Assembly: GCA_964354545.1 (NCBI GenBank)
Contig: CAYHAE010000001.1
Coordinates: forward strand, 65,190-129,189
Direction: 5' to 3'
DNA length: 64,000 nt
From: an uncultured Planctomycetia bacterium
GTDB lineage: Bacteria; Omnitrophota; Gorgyraeia; 2-01-FULL-45-10; JAHFGN01
The notes beneath the pieces are model-generated. The model had not been told where the DNA came from. It searched no databases and saw only the letters and a program-made list of their open reading frames with translations. This document shows, piece by piece, positions 9,222 through 19,080 of the stretch; position 1 is the stretch's first letter; each line of letters begins with the position of its first letter. Made by a program: the position numbers and the translations under genes.

Positions 9222-11357
9222 ATGAACTATTTTGGAATTACAGGCCTCTTGAATGGAATAATAAGCACAATTTTGGGCCTATTTGTAATTACAAGAGATT
9301 TTCGTAATGTTAAATATATTGCCTATTCTCTAGCTTGTTTGAATGTTTCGATTTGGAGCTATAGTTATTTTCTTTGGCAACTCTCTAACGATTATGTAAG
9401 CGCTCTTTTCTGGGCAAGAGCTTTAATGGCAGGTAGTGTTTATACTCCCATTTGTCATTTACATGCCTTAGTAGAAATATTAAATGAAAAAACTAGAAAA
9501 AGGCAAAAAATTATTATTTTAGGATATTTATTAGCCACACTTTTGTTGATTTCTGATTTCGGACCATTTTTAGTAAAGGGTGTTGAATCCAGAATGTTTT
9601 TTCCATTTTGGCCAATTCCTGGCATTGCGTTTCATTTTTTTATAGCCGTATGGGTTTATTACGTTGTATATAGCATTTATATTCTGTATAAACATAGTTT
9701 TAAAATTCAGGTCGCAGATGCAAATAAGATAAAATTTATCTTTATCATAACACTTTTTGTTTGGATTGGTGCCGCAACTAATCTTACATTATGGTATAAC
9801 ATAAACATTCCACCCTGGGGAAACCCGGCCATATCTATTTATTTAATATTGATCGCTTATGCTATATTACGATATCGGTGGATGGACATCGAAGTCGTCA
9901 TCAAGAAGACCCTTGTCTTTGCGGGGTTGTTGGCGGCGGTGTTTGCCATATTAATCCTGCCGACTCTGATTATTCAGGAATATCTTCTGAGAAGTGCTAG
10001 GTTTAGCGGAAGGGCACTGGGTCTTACCGTAAGCGGTATTATCATCATATTCACCATGAGGAAGATCGAAAATTTTCTTATAAATGTAACAGACAAATAC
10101 CTCTTTCAGAAGAAATACGACTACAAAGAGCTGCTCAAGACATTCACCACGGATGTTCTCACGGTCATGAACCTGGACAGGCTCGTGAACCTCACCGTGG
10201 ATAAGCTCGTCGACATCGTAAAGCTCAACTCCTGTGCAGTATTGCTCCTCGATGAGGATAGCCGGCAGTTCACCGTGGTCGCCTCAAAGCATATAAAAGA
10301 CCCCTCGGTGACATTGGTTAAGCCCAATGGCATCATCGCGTTTTTAGAGACTACCCACGGATACCTCTTGAAAAGCGAGCTCGCTCAAAAGAAGGTATTC
10401 ATCCCGGAGCCGGTCCAGGAGGTAATAGATAAGCTTAACGCAGAACTTATCATACCCATGGTGTTACATGATAAGGTTATGGGGATATTATCGCTCGGCA
10501 AGAAGAAGTCCGATGAGGGCTACACCCAAGATGACTGGGATATACTTATGCCGCTTTCCAGGACGCTCGCCATAGCGATCTCTAACGCAAAACTCTTCGA
10601 GGAACTCGGAAAGACCCAGGCGGAGGCGGCACAGAGGGAGAAGATGGCGGTCATCGGGACATTGTCGGCTGGCATAAACCATGAGATTTGTAATCCTCTT
10701 GGCATCGCGCGCGGGCAGTGCGAGGCCTTCCTGTTGAACGTGCGCGATGGCCTGTTCAAAGATAAAAGCCCCGATGAGCTATTAACCAAGGCCAAGGAGA
10801 TAATGCAGAAGGTAATAAAAGAGACCGACCGGGCCGTTTCCATCACCAAGAAGCTTTCGAGTTTCGCAAAGCCGTCTAGGGGCGAGGCGGAGTATATCGT
10901 CATAGATAAAGAAGTGGACGAGGTCCTGGCTCTGGTTGGCTACGAACTGAAATTGGAGAAGATCGAGATCGAGAAGCAAGTAGGAAAAGGTTTACCCGAC
11001 CTTTTCGTCGATAGGAAACAGCTCCAGGAGATCCTTTTCAACCTTATCCGCAATGCCGGCCAGGCGATAGGCGAAAAAGGGAAGATCACGGTCGCGGCCC
11101 ATGAGTTGAAAGGAAAGATAAGCATCGATATCCAGGATACGGGGTCGGGGATCCCTGAGGACAAGATAAAGGAGCTCTTCAATCCATTCTTCACGACCAA
11201 GGAACCGGGCAAAGGCACAGGTCTGGGGTTGTTCATCGTTCGTCAGGTCGTTGAGAAGAACGGCGGACGCATCTATCTCAAACAGACGAAAGTCGGAGAA
11301 GGAACGACATTTACGCTTGAATTTCCTGTTGCGGCAGCGAAGGAAGTTCAGGTTTAA
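9222..11357 (+). CDS. Sensor histidine kinase HK1 (multi-TM N-terminal sensor, GAF, HisKA, HATPase)
   Basis: Multiple TM helices; HEICNPL H-box; NLIRNA, DTGSGI, FFTTK, GTGLGL. Confidence 0.93.
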   Translation: MNYFGITGLLNGIISTILGLFVITRDFRNVKYIAYSLACLNVSIWSYSYFLWQLSNDYVSALFWARALMAGSVYTPICHLHALVEILNEKTRKRQKIIILGYLLATLLLISDFGPFLVKGVESRMFFPFWPIPGIAFHFFIAVWVYYVVYSIYILYKHSFKIQVADANKIKFIFIITLFVWIGAATNLTLWYNINIPPWGNPAISIYLILIAYAILRYRWMDIEVVIKKTLVFAGLLAAVFAILILPTLIIQEYLLRSARFSGRALGLTVSGIIIIFTMRKIENFLINVTDKYLFQKKYDYKELLKTFTTDVLTVMNLDRLVNLTVDKLVDIVKLNSCAVLLLDEDSRQFTVVASKHIKDPSVTLVKPNGIIAFLETTHGYLLKSELAQKKVFIPEPVQEVIDKLNAELIIPMVLHDKVMGILSLGKKKSDEGYTQDDWDILMPLSRTLAIAISNAKLFEELGKTQAEAAQREKMAVIGTLSAGINHEICNPLGIARGQCEAFLLNVRDGLFKDKSPDELLTKAKEIMQKVIKETDRAVSITKKLSSFAKPSRGEAEYIVIDKEVDEVLALVGYELKLEKIEIEKQVGKGLPDLFVDRKQLQEILFNLIRNAGQAIGEKGKITVAAHELKGKISIDIQDTGSGIPEDKIKELFNPFFTTKEPGKGTGLGLFIVRQVVEKNGGRIYLKQTKVGEGTTFTLEFPVAAAKEVQV

Positions 11358-11384
11358 GGGGACCGCGGAGAACAGAATTGTGAC

Positions 11385-11756
11385 ATGGAAAAACCACGGA
11401 TAGTTGCAATAGACGATGAAGCCGAATTCGTCGACATGTTGAAGAACTATTTTGCGCCAAGAGGGTATGACATCGAGGTGGCGATCCGCGGGGCAAAGGG
11501 CATCGAGATCGTAAAGGAGAAGAAGCCGAACGTCGTGTTGATGGACCTGAAGATGCCTGGGATCGATGGCGATGAGGTGCTGACGCTCCTCAAATCGATG
11601 GAGCCGGCTCCCAAGGTGATATTCGTGACAGCATATGACGACGGCGGCAAGACGAAGGCGCGCCTCTTGAAGATGGGCGCATACGCGTATTTCGACAAGC
11701 CATTGTCGAGCCTGAAGGATTTGGAAGAGGCGATTAATCAGGCAGCTCAGAAATAA
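11385..11756 (+). CDS. Single-domain response regulator
   Basis: IDDE, LMDLKMPGIDG, VTAY, KP. Confidence 0.93.
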   Translation: MEKPRIVAIDDEAEFVDMLKNYFAPRGYDIEVAIRGAKGIEIVKEKKPNVVLMDLKMPGIDGDEVLTLLKSMEPAPKVIFVTAYDDGGKTKARLLKMGAYAYFDKPLSSLKDLEEAINQAAQK

Positions 11757-11798
11757 ACGCGTGCAGATGATCACCGATATCTGTGATCATCTGTGTTC
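11757..11798. repeat. Palindromic intergenic element (CAGAT/ATCTG family)
   Basis: cagatgatcac...gtgatcatctg inverted repeat. Confidence 0.6.
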
Positions 11799-11817
11799 CA
11801 AAAAAACAGGAGTACCC

Positions 11818-12198
11818 ATGCGCAAAATACTCGTGGTCGATGACGAGATCGACGTATGCGATTTCGTGAAGACTTTTTTCGAAGAGAGAGGGTTTAGGGT
11901 TTTTACCGCGCTGAACGGCGCTGAAGCGGTCTCGATCGTTCAGAGAGACAAACCGGATGTGATACTGCTTGATATCAAGATGAAGGGCATGGACGGGCTC
12001 GCTACGCTGCACCAGATCAAGGAGGTTGACCGGGATTCGAAAGTCATCATGGTTACCGCGCTCGAGGACCAGGACAAGATGGAAGAGGCGTATAAATGCG
12101 GCGCGATCGATTACATCACAAAACCCCTCGTCCTGGATTATCTGGAATCGGCGGTGTTAAAGGCATTGGGACTGAGCAACAGCGCGACGATCCGTTAG
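11818..12198 (+). CDS. Single-domain response regulator
   Basis: VDDE, LLDIKMKGMDG, VTA, KP; RBS ggag before ATG 11818. Confidence 0.93.
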   Translation: MRKILVVDDEIDVCDFVKTFFEERGFRVFTALNGAEAVSIVQRDKPDVILLDIKMKGMDGLATLHQIKEVDRDSKVIMVTALEDQDKMEEAYKCGAIDYITKPLVLDYLESAVLKALGLSNSATIR

Positions 12199-12269
12199 GT
12201 GGGTGAAAAATTTGCTGCACACGAGATCGGGATGCCGTTCAAATCGTACCGACTGTTTTTTCTATTTCA

Positions 12270-12369
12270 ACGCAGATTCTCGCGGATTTCCTGCCCGACG
12301 GCAGGCGGGCACGCAGATACTCGCAGATATCTGCGTTAATCTGCGTTTGATTCGCGTCTATCTGCGTTA
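12270..12369. repeat. Palindromic ACGCAGAT/ATCTGCGT repeat cluster with a nested CCTGCC...GGCAGG mini-palindrome
   Basis: Several cgcagat units followed by atctgcgtt units. Confidence 0.7.
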
Positions 12370-12415
12370 ACGCATGGTTTTTTAACGCACTTAATTCCTG
12401 TATCAAGGAGATGCA

Positions 12416-13840
12416 GTGACCTATAACAACCACAGAAAAGCGCCGAGCTGGTCCAAGCTCCAGAACTGGTTTTTACAGCTCAGCGCCGAGGGAGAGAACG
12501 GGAACGGCGCGGTTAAGAATAAAGGCGCAGATGCGTCTGCCCGGGATACCTCTCACGAAAAATTCGCCCCCAGGCTGGATTACCAGGTCTTCTTGGAAAA
12601 TGCTTCGAGGAGCATGATCCGTTTCAAGAAGCCCGAGCACCTCATAAAGATGATCTGCCGCGTCATCAGCGAGCAGCTTAAGGTTACCCACACGGCGATG
12701 CTGCTGTTTAAAGAGTCGAAGAACGCGTACATCCTGATCGATTCAAGGGGCGAGGGCGGGCTGAAGATCCCGGTCGGATATATCCGGCTGCCGTTAGACA
12801 GCCCCCTGATCCAGATATTCAATCAACAACAGAACTTTCTCGTATCGGGCACAGGGACACTGAACTATGACGACATCATCATCTGCCTCAAGAATAGAGA
12901 TATACTCGACAAAGAGCCGGAATTGTACAACGAGCTTTTAGCCCTAAAGAAGCAGATGGACCTGCTGAAGGCGAACGTGTGCGTTCCGTGCTATTTTAAA
13001 CAGGATCTCCTTGGGATCATGATCCTGGGCTACAAGATAAACGGACAGCGTTTCAGAAGAGATGAGCTCGGTTTCTTCGTCACTCTGGCGAACGATGCTG
13101 CGATGGCGATATCGAATGCGCAGCTCATCGAAAGCCAGCTGGAGAGGATCGACGAGATAAAAGAGCTCTATAATCGCGAGCACAGGATATTCATTCACAC
13201 CGCGATCGCGCTTGCCGCGGCCATCGATGCGAGAGACCCGTATACCCACGGCCATACTGCGAGGGTAACGAACTACTGCCTTGCCATCGCGAAAGAGCTG
13301 GAGGGAGTTCCGGAAGAGGGCGGATACAAGAATTTCAAGGAGACCCTGCACCTATCGGCGCTTTTGCACGATGTCGGGAAGATCGGCATACCTGACCACA
13401 TATTGAATAAGACAGGCATGCTCACACCCGAAGAGTATACGGAGGTGAAGAAGCATCCTCTTATAGGCGCGATGATAATAAATCCTATCAAGGAATTGAA
13501 CGAGATCGCGCGGGAAGTGCGCCACCACCAGGAGGCCTTCGACGGTTCCGGCTATCCCGATGGGCTCAAAGAGAGCGAGATACCCTTTATCGCGAGGATC
13601 ATCGCAGTCGCCGACGCGTTCGATGCGATCACCACCGATAGGCCTTACAGGAAGAAGAAAAGCCCTGAGGAGGCAATTAAAGAACTTAAGAAATATTCGG
13701 GAACGCAGTTCGACCCTGTTGTCGTTTCAGCCCTCATCCTCGCCTACGAAAAAGGAAACCTCCTGCCCAACCACAAGAATAGGAACGGTAAGAACGGAAG
13801 TAACGGTATCAAATCTCCCTACCCTGCAAATCCTTTTTAA
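12416..13840 (+). CDS. GAF + HD-GYP cyclic dinucleotide phosphodiesterase
   Basis: ARDPYTHGH, LLHDVGKIG, HHQEAFDGSGYPDG, VADAFDA, RPYRK. Confidence 0.92.
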   Translation: MTYNNHRKAPSWSKLQNWFLQLSAEGENGNGAVKNKGADASARDTSHEKFAPRLDYQVFLENASRSMIRFKKPEHLIKMICRVISEQLKVTHTAMLLFKESKNAYILIDSRGEGGLKIPVGYIRLPLDSPLIQIFNQQQNFLVSGTGTLNYDDIIICLKNRDILDKEPELYNELLALKKQMDLLKANVCVPCYFKQDLLGIMILGYKINGQRFRRDELGFFVTLANDAAMAISNAQLIESQLERIDEIKELYNREHRIFIHTAIALAAAIDARDPYTHGHTARVTNYCLAIAKELEGVPEEGGYKNFKETLHLSALLHDVGKIGIPDHILNKTGMLTPEEYTEVKKHPLIGAMIINPIKELNEIAREVRHHQEAFDGSGYPDGLKESEIPFIARIIAVADAFDAITTDRPYRKKKSPEEAIKELKKYSGTQFDPVVVSALILAYEKGNLLPNHKNRNGKNGSNGIKSPYPANPF

Positions 13841-13900
13841 CAAATTCACAAAGATCAGGATCTTTGTGAGAACCATATATCCTGAAAAGAAGACAAGGAG
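13838..13900 (-). pseudogene. 63-bp relic of a homolog of the membrane protein gene at 22779..23168
   Basis: Encodes LLVFFSGYMVLTKILIFVNLL versus LLVFFSGYIVLTKILIFMNLL. Confidence 0.8.
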
Positions 13901-13956
13901 TATGTAATGCCCCCTTTGCTTTGGTTTTCCTGCTATCATGTGGTATATTTAGGGTG

Positions 13957-14805
13957 ATGAACAGGAAGTCTGAGCTCAAGTTCGATGAGATTGGCTATTG
14001 GTCTGAGATGAAACTCGAGATCATCGACGCATATGCTCGAGAATATTCTAAGATCATGTCTTGTCAGACCAGTCCCTCCTTAGAGCATACATATATTGAC
14101 GCTTTTGCTGGCCCTGGAATACACAGATCCAAAGAAACGGGTGACATGATTCCGGGAAGTCCAGAAAAAGCTCTTTCGGTCGTGCCACCCTTCAAGAAGT
14201 ATTGTTTCATAGATCTGGACTCGAATAAGGCGGGTTATTTACATCAACGGTATGATCAAAATCCCACGGTGAGCATTTATGAGGGTGATTGTAATCATAT
14301 TTTGTTGAAAGAAGTGTTCCCCCGAGTGAGATATAGGGATTACAGACGAGGGCTCTGCCTCCTGGATCCGTATGGGCTACATCTTAAGTGGGAAGTTATG
14401 AAAGAGGCGGGCCAGATGCGGTCGATTGAGATATTTCTCAACTTCCCAATAATGGACATGAATAGAAATGTATTCTGGCTTAATCCGGACGGAGTAGATC
14501 TGAGCGACATCGAGAGAATGAATGCTTTTTGGGGAGATGCCTCGTGGCGCGATATCGTATACACTAGCAGACGCGATCTTTTTGGGTATATCGAAAAAGA
14601 ACCCAATCCGGTGATTGCCGAGAACTTTAGGGATCGGCTCAAGAAAGTTGCGGGGTTTCAGTATGTAGCTAAGCCATTGCCCATGAGAAACGAAAAAAAT
14701 GCGGTGATATACTACCTCTTTTTTGCATCTCAAAAACCGGTTGCTGCTAAGATTGTCGATTACATATTTGACAAATATGGGAAGAGGAGGTTTGATAATG
14801 GCTGA
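13957..14805 (+). CDS. Three-Cys-motif partner protein (TcmP-like, methyltransferase-like fold)
   Basis: WSEMKL.II..Y, YIDAFAGPG, GSP, LLDPYG, EIFLNF; adjacent to DUF5131 gene. Confidence 0.85.
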   Translation: MNRKSELKFDEIGYWSEMKLEIIDAYAREYSKIMSCQTSPSLEHTYIDAFAGPGIHRSKETGDMIPGSPEKALSVVPPFKKYCFIDLDSNKAGYLHQRYDQNPTVSIYEGDCNHILLKEVFPRVRYRDYRRGLCLLDPYGLHLKWEVMKEAGQMRSIEIFLNFPIMDMNRNVFWLNPDGVDLSDIERMNAFWGDASWRDIVYTSRRDLFGYIEKEPNPVIAENFRDRLKKVAGFQYVAKPLPMRNEKNAVIYYLFFASQKPVAAKIVDYIFDKYGKRRFDNG

Positions 14806-15550
14806 GTATTCCTCGATAGAGTGGACAGACTCAACCTGGAATCCGGCAACCGGTTGCAGCAAGGTCAGTTTGGGATGCAAAAATTGTTATGCAGAGACCT
14901 TTGCGGAGAGGTTTCGGGGTGTCCCGCGGCATCCATTCGAGCAGGGATTTGACTTAAAACTGTGGCCAAATCGGTTGAGTTTGCCTCTATTATGGAGAGA
15001 GCACCGCATGATTTTCGTTAACTCCATGTCTGACCTCTTCCACGAGGACGTTCCCGACGAATTTATTGCGAAGGTTTTTGAGACGATGCTACAGGCAGAT
15101 CGTCACACCTTTCAGTTGCTGACCAAGCGATCGGAACGGATGGTGCGCTGGATCCAAAAACGATTCAATCGATATCTGGTACCGCAACATATTTGGCTCG
15201 GGGTTTCCGTTGAAAATCAGGAATATGTGCGGAGGATCCATCATCTACAGAGGATGCCGGCATGCGTCAGGTTTGTATCCTGCGAACCGTTGCTAGGCCC
15301 TATTACGTTCGATTCGCGGGACCTGAACGGAATACATTGGGTTATTGTTGGCGGCGAGAGTGGGCCCAAGGCCAGGCCCATGGATCCATTGTGGGCTCGG
15401 GATATAAAGGATCAATGCGAACAAAATGAAGTGGCGTTCTTTTTCAAACAATGGGGGACGTTCAACGCCCGTGGAGAACGGGTCGGAAAGAAAAACGCCG
15501 GAAGGGTTTTGGATGGCAAGGTATGGGATCAAATGCCGGCAATGGTCTAA
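14798..15550 (+). CDS. DUF5131 / phage Gp37-Gp68 family protein (radical-SAM-like three-Cys motif)
   Basis: SIEWTDSTWNPATGCSKVSLGCKNCYAE, FVNSMSDLFH, VGGESG, FFFKQWG. Confidence 0.92.
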   Translation: MAEYSSIEWTDSTWNPATGCSKVSLGCKNCYAETFAERFRGVPRHPFEQGFDLKLWPNRLSLPLLWREHRMIFVNSMSDLFHEDVPDEFIAKVFETMLQADRHTFQLLTKRSERMVRWIQKRFNRYLVPQHIWLGVSVENQEYVRRIHHLQRMPACVRFVSCEPLLGPITFDSRDLNGIHWVIVGGESGPKARPMDPLWARDIKDQCEQNEVAFFFKQWGTFNARGERVGKKNAGRVLDGKVWDQMPAMV

Positions 15551-15560
15551 GGGATGATCA

Positions 15561-16469
15561 ATGGATAGCCTGGTCGCCAAAAAATTTTATCTGAAAAAGA
15601 GAGAAGTCTCGGAAAAGTTAGAAAACGATATCTTGCAGACACAGCGTGAAATTTCTTCAAGAGGAACAATTCGCTCAAGCGTATTTTTAAATGTCGCTTT
15701 CAAGCTTATCTCAGAATCGGCAAGAGAAAATATTGATTCACTTCTAAAGATATATGAGGATGTGGGTATTTCTACAAGCGAGGAAACCTTTGTGATCGAC
15801 AAGGAAGCTGAGATAAAGGGCGAGGTCGAGAAACTTGTCCCGATTGAGGCCCAGCGGGTGAATGAGAAAATAGATGATTTGGCAAAAAGAATAGGAATAG
15901 CGCGCCCTCATGATGCCAGTTACGTATTTACTAACTTACAGGTAGAAGCGCGAGACAGGGCTGAGATTCTTATCGAGACGATACGGCGCCGTATTCAAAA
16001 TAAGCAACCTAAAAAGTCACTCACCGACGATGTCTTTGTTATCATGCAGATCGGCAATCCTCAGCTCGACAAGATCTGGAAAGATATATATGTTCCCGTA
16101 ATCGGAGATTTTAAGTTGCACCCGAAGCGAATTGATAAGCATGGTGAGGGTCGCTTCTTAATGAGCGAAGTAGCTGGCTATCTGAACAATAGTAAACTTG
16201 TCATTGCCGATTTAACCAACGCCCGGCCTAATTGCTATCTCGAGGTAGGTTACACATTGGGCGTCGATAAGAACAGCCACCTGATCCTTTGTGCCCGGGA
16301 AGATCATAATATGGATAGCCCTTGTTACAAAAGGGATGGACCTAAAGTGCATTTCGATATAAGCGGCTATGATATAGTGTGGTGGGATGAAAATAAGATC
16401 GACGATTTTAAGATAGACCTGGCCAAAAAGATTACTTATAGGTTAACAGTCATCGGCAGCCAGAAATAG
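15561..16469 (+). CDS. Hypothetical protein with C-terminal nucleoside 2-deoxyribosyltransferase/TIR-like domain
   Basis: VFVIM..., VIADLTNARPNCYLEVGY, HFDISG. Confidence 0.7.
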   Translation: MDSLVAKKFYLKKREVSEKLENDILQTQREISSRGTIRSSVFLNVAFKLISESARENIDSLLKIYEDVGISTSEETFVIDKEAEIKGEVEKLVPIEAQRVNEKIDDLAKRIGIARPHDASYVFTNLQVEARDRAEILIETIRRRIQNKQPKKSLTDDVFVIMQIGNPQLDKIWKDIYVPVIGDFKLHPKRIDKHGEGRFLMSEVAGYLNNSKLVIADLTNARPNCYLEVGYTLGVDKNSHLILCAREDHNMDSPCYKRDGPKVHFDISGYDIVWWDENKIDDFKIDLAKKITYRLTVIGSQK

Positions 16470-16832
16470 AAAGAGATTTTCATTTTGAAAAATAGCATTA
16501 TTGAGATGCTAGGGGGGCAGCTTCCGCAGGGGCAGGTCTCGTAGCCGTTAAGGACAAATAAAGATTTTTGTAAGAATTTTCCCTCTTTTACGTCTTCAGA
16601 TGATGGGACGGAGAAGGGGGGATTTTTATGGTTATGCGATATCTACCGTCAAGTCTCGAATTAAGATGCAGAACAGGTTTGAGATTGCGAAACAGAGTAT
16701 TTCGAAATATAATATGCTTGGTTGTATCATTTTCGATTTCAATCTCCAAGCTGTCCCTAGTCTCATCTTCAAAGCGTACAGGGGCATATTGAATCGTAAT
16801 TTCCCAAACGCACAGTCCTATATTAGAGAACA

Positions 16833-18905
16833 ATGAATATTTTTACCATTTCTTCAGCTTTAATTTTTGTAACATCTTTAACTTCCGTAGCATTCCTATT
16901 ATTTAAAGGTAAAGAAAAACTAAAATGGCTATGGCTTCTATTTTCTATCTCCGTTGGAAATTGGGGACTTGCGGGCTATAACATATCAACTGCGCATTCA
17001 AAAGATATTGCCTTCGTATGGTGGAAAATCGCATATATTAGTGTAATTTTTGCTCCCGCGATCTATACGCATTTTGTTTTCACTTTTCTAAATAGTACGA
17101 AAAAATCGCTTCTCATATTGTTAGACATCGCAGCCTTTTCTTTTTTTGGTTTTAATCTATTATTTCCCAAGTTGTTTATTGGCGATCTGCGCCTTGTTTC
17201 TAGACAATTTTGGTGGCCCGATTGGCTAAGTACTTGCAACATCGTGTTTTTAATTTTTTTTGTTGCTTTTTATTGTTTCGCGCTCAATTATAGCATTTTA
17301 TTAATGATAAAACAGTTTTCCACCTCAACAGGTAGAAAGCGAAATCAGGCAAGATATTTTTTAATTGCAGCGATTTTTGGATGGGGCGGCGTTATGCCGC
17401 TTTTTTTGAATGTATTTTCGCATATTGACATTTATCCTTATAGTAATTTTTTGACATCAATTTACCCACTCATTGTCACCTACGCCATCATCCGCCATCG
17501 GCTGATGGACATCGAAGTCATCATAAAGAAGACCCTCATATTTGCGGGGTTATTCTCGGCGGCTTATGCGGTCTTCGCTTCTTTTGCCCTCTTGGGGCAG
17601 CTTGTCTTCGAGCGGTTCGTGACAGCCAACAGATGGGTCGCAATGCTCCCGAGCGTGGTAGTTGTCATCGCCATGTTCCGTCCTCTCGAGAAACTCCTGG
17701 TTGCTGTTACTGACAGGTACCTCTTCCAGAAGCGGTACGATGCCAAAGAGCTTCTCAAGATCTTCACCGAGGAGGTCCTTTTAGTCCTTGATATAGAGAA
17801 ACTTGCCGCCCTCACCATGAAAAAGCTCAACGAGACGATGAAGCTAACCACCTGCGCGCTCCTCCTCAAGGACGACGCGGCAGGAGACTTCGTATGCGCC
17901 TCGCCTCCTCCGGCAAACAAGGTGAGCTTATCCCGCGCAAGCGGCCTCGCCGTATCGCTGGAGAGATCGTCCTCTTTCATCTTGCGTACACATAGTGCGA
18001 GGATACCGGATACTGTAGCGAGCGACATGACACATCTCCGCGCAGAGCTCGCCATCCCCCTTCTCCTTCGCGGAAATCTCATCGGCATCCTCGCCCTCGG
18101 CAGGAAGATGTCAGATGAGGACTATGGCCAGGACGACTTGGACATACTTCTTCCTCTCGCGCAGACTCTCGCCATTGCCATCTCGAACGCGAAACTCTTC
18201 GACGAGCTCTCGAAGACCCAGGCAGAGGCAGCGCAGAAGGAGAAGATGGCGATGGTCGGAACCCTCGCCGCAGGCATGGCCCACGAGATAAGGAACCCCA
18301 TCACCACCATTAAGATATTCTCAGAATTCCTCAAGGAGAAGAAGGACGACCCCTCCTTCATCGAGAAGTTCGAGCGCCTCGTTCCAAGGGAGGTGGAGAA
18401 GATAAACCACATGATCACCCACCTCCTCGAGTTCTCAAGGCCCGCAGATTCCGCAGCAATGGAAGAAGTAGACCTCCATGAAGCCCTCAAGGACACGCTC
18501 GAGGTCCTCGGCCACGAGATGGTCTTACATGACATCGTCCTTAAAGAGGAGATAAGCGCTCTGCCTCCAGTATGGGGCAACCGGAAGCATCTCGAGGAGG
18601 TCCTCTTCAACCTCCTCCAGAACGCCATCCATGCCATAGGGAGGCGAGGTACCATCACCGTCACTGCGAAGGAGAGGGCAGGCTCAGTCGAGCTTGCCAT
18701 CCGCGACACCGGCTGCGGCATCCCCCAAAACGTCCTCCCCCACATATTCGAGCCCTTCTTCACCACCAAGATAGACACAAAAGGAGTAGGCCTTGGGCTC
18801 TATGTAGTCAAACAGCTCATGGTGAGGATGGACGGCTCTGTATCAGTCGAGAGTGAAGTAGGGAAGGGGACGACGTTCAGGCTGGTGTTCGCAAGGGCCA
18901 CATAA
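16833..18905 (+). CDS. Sensor histidine kinase HK2 (multi-TM sensor, GAF, HisKA, HATPase)
   Basis: HEIRNPI H-box, NLLQNA, DTGCGI, GVGLGL; same architecture as HK1. Confidence 0.93.
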   Translation: MNIFTISSALIFVTSLTSVAFLLFKGKEKLKWLWLLFSISVGNWGLAGYNISTAHSKDIAFVWWKIAYISVIFAPAIYTHFVFTFLNSTKKSLLILLDIAAFSFFGFNLLFPKLFIGDLRLVSRQFWWPDWLSTCNIVFLIFFVAFYCFALNYSILLMIKQFSTSTGRKRNQARYFLIAAIFGWGGVMPLFLNVFSHIDIYPYSNFLTSIYPLIVTYAIIRHRLMDIEVIIKKTLIFAGLFSAAYAVFASFALLGQLVFERFVTANRWVAMLPSVVVVIAMFRPLEKLLVAVTDRYLFQKRYDAKELLKIFTEEVLLVLDIEKLAALTMKKLNETMKLTTCALLLKDDAAGDFVCASPPPANKVSLSRASGLAVSLERSSSFILRTHSARIPDTVASDMTHLRAELAIPLLLRGNLIGILALGRKMSDEDYGQDDLDILLPLAQTLAIAISNAKLFDELSKTQAEAAQKEKMAMVGTLAAGMAHEIRNPITTIKIFSEFLKEKKDDPSFIEKFERLVPREVEKINHMITHLLEFSRPADSAAMEEVDLHEALKDTLEVLGHEMVLHDIVLKEEISALPPVWGNRKHLEEVLFNLLQNAIHAIGRRGTITVTAKERAGSVELAIRDTGCGIPQNVLPHIFEPFFTTKIDTKGVGLGLYVVKQLMVRMDGSVSVESEVGKGTTFRLVFARAT
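18168..18905 (+). repeat. Direct repeat (~740 bp) shared with 20425-21162
   Basis: Offset 2257 bp; 18396-18856 reads identical to 20653-21113. Confidence 0.95.
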
Positions 18906-18906
18906 C

Positions 18907-19014
18907 GTCATTGCGAACGAAGTGAAGCAATCCCGTTTTTAGAGAGTGCGAAGCCTCCCCGTAAGGGGATTGCTTCGTCGGGAGATAGTTGCGCGCTATC
19001 CTCCTCGCAATGAC
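18907..19014. repeat. REP-like palindromic element GTCATTGCGA...TCGCAATGAC
   Basis: Terminal inverted repeats plus internal gaagcaatc/gattgcttc. Confidence 0.85.
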
Positions 19015-19080
19015 ACATACAGGTTAAATCGTGATTTCCCAAACGGTACAGTTTTAACTGTACAAGCAGGCTAACCTAAT

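Noticed and set aside
16600-16836. 78-aa ORF before HK2
   Set aside because: No recognisable domain; only its 3' end is informative (shared motif reported as a finding).
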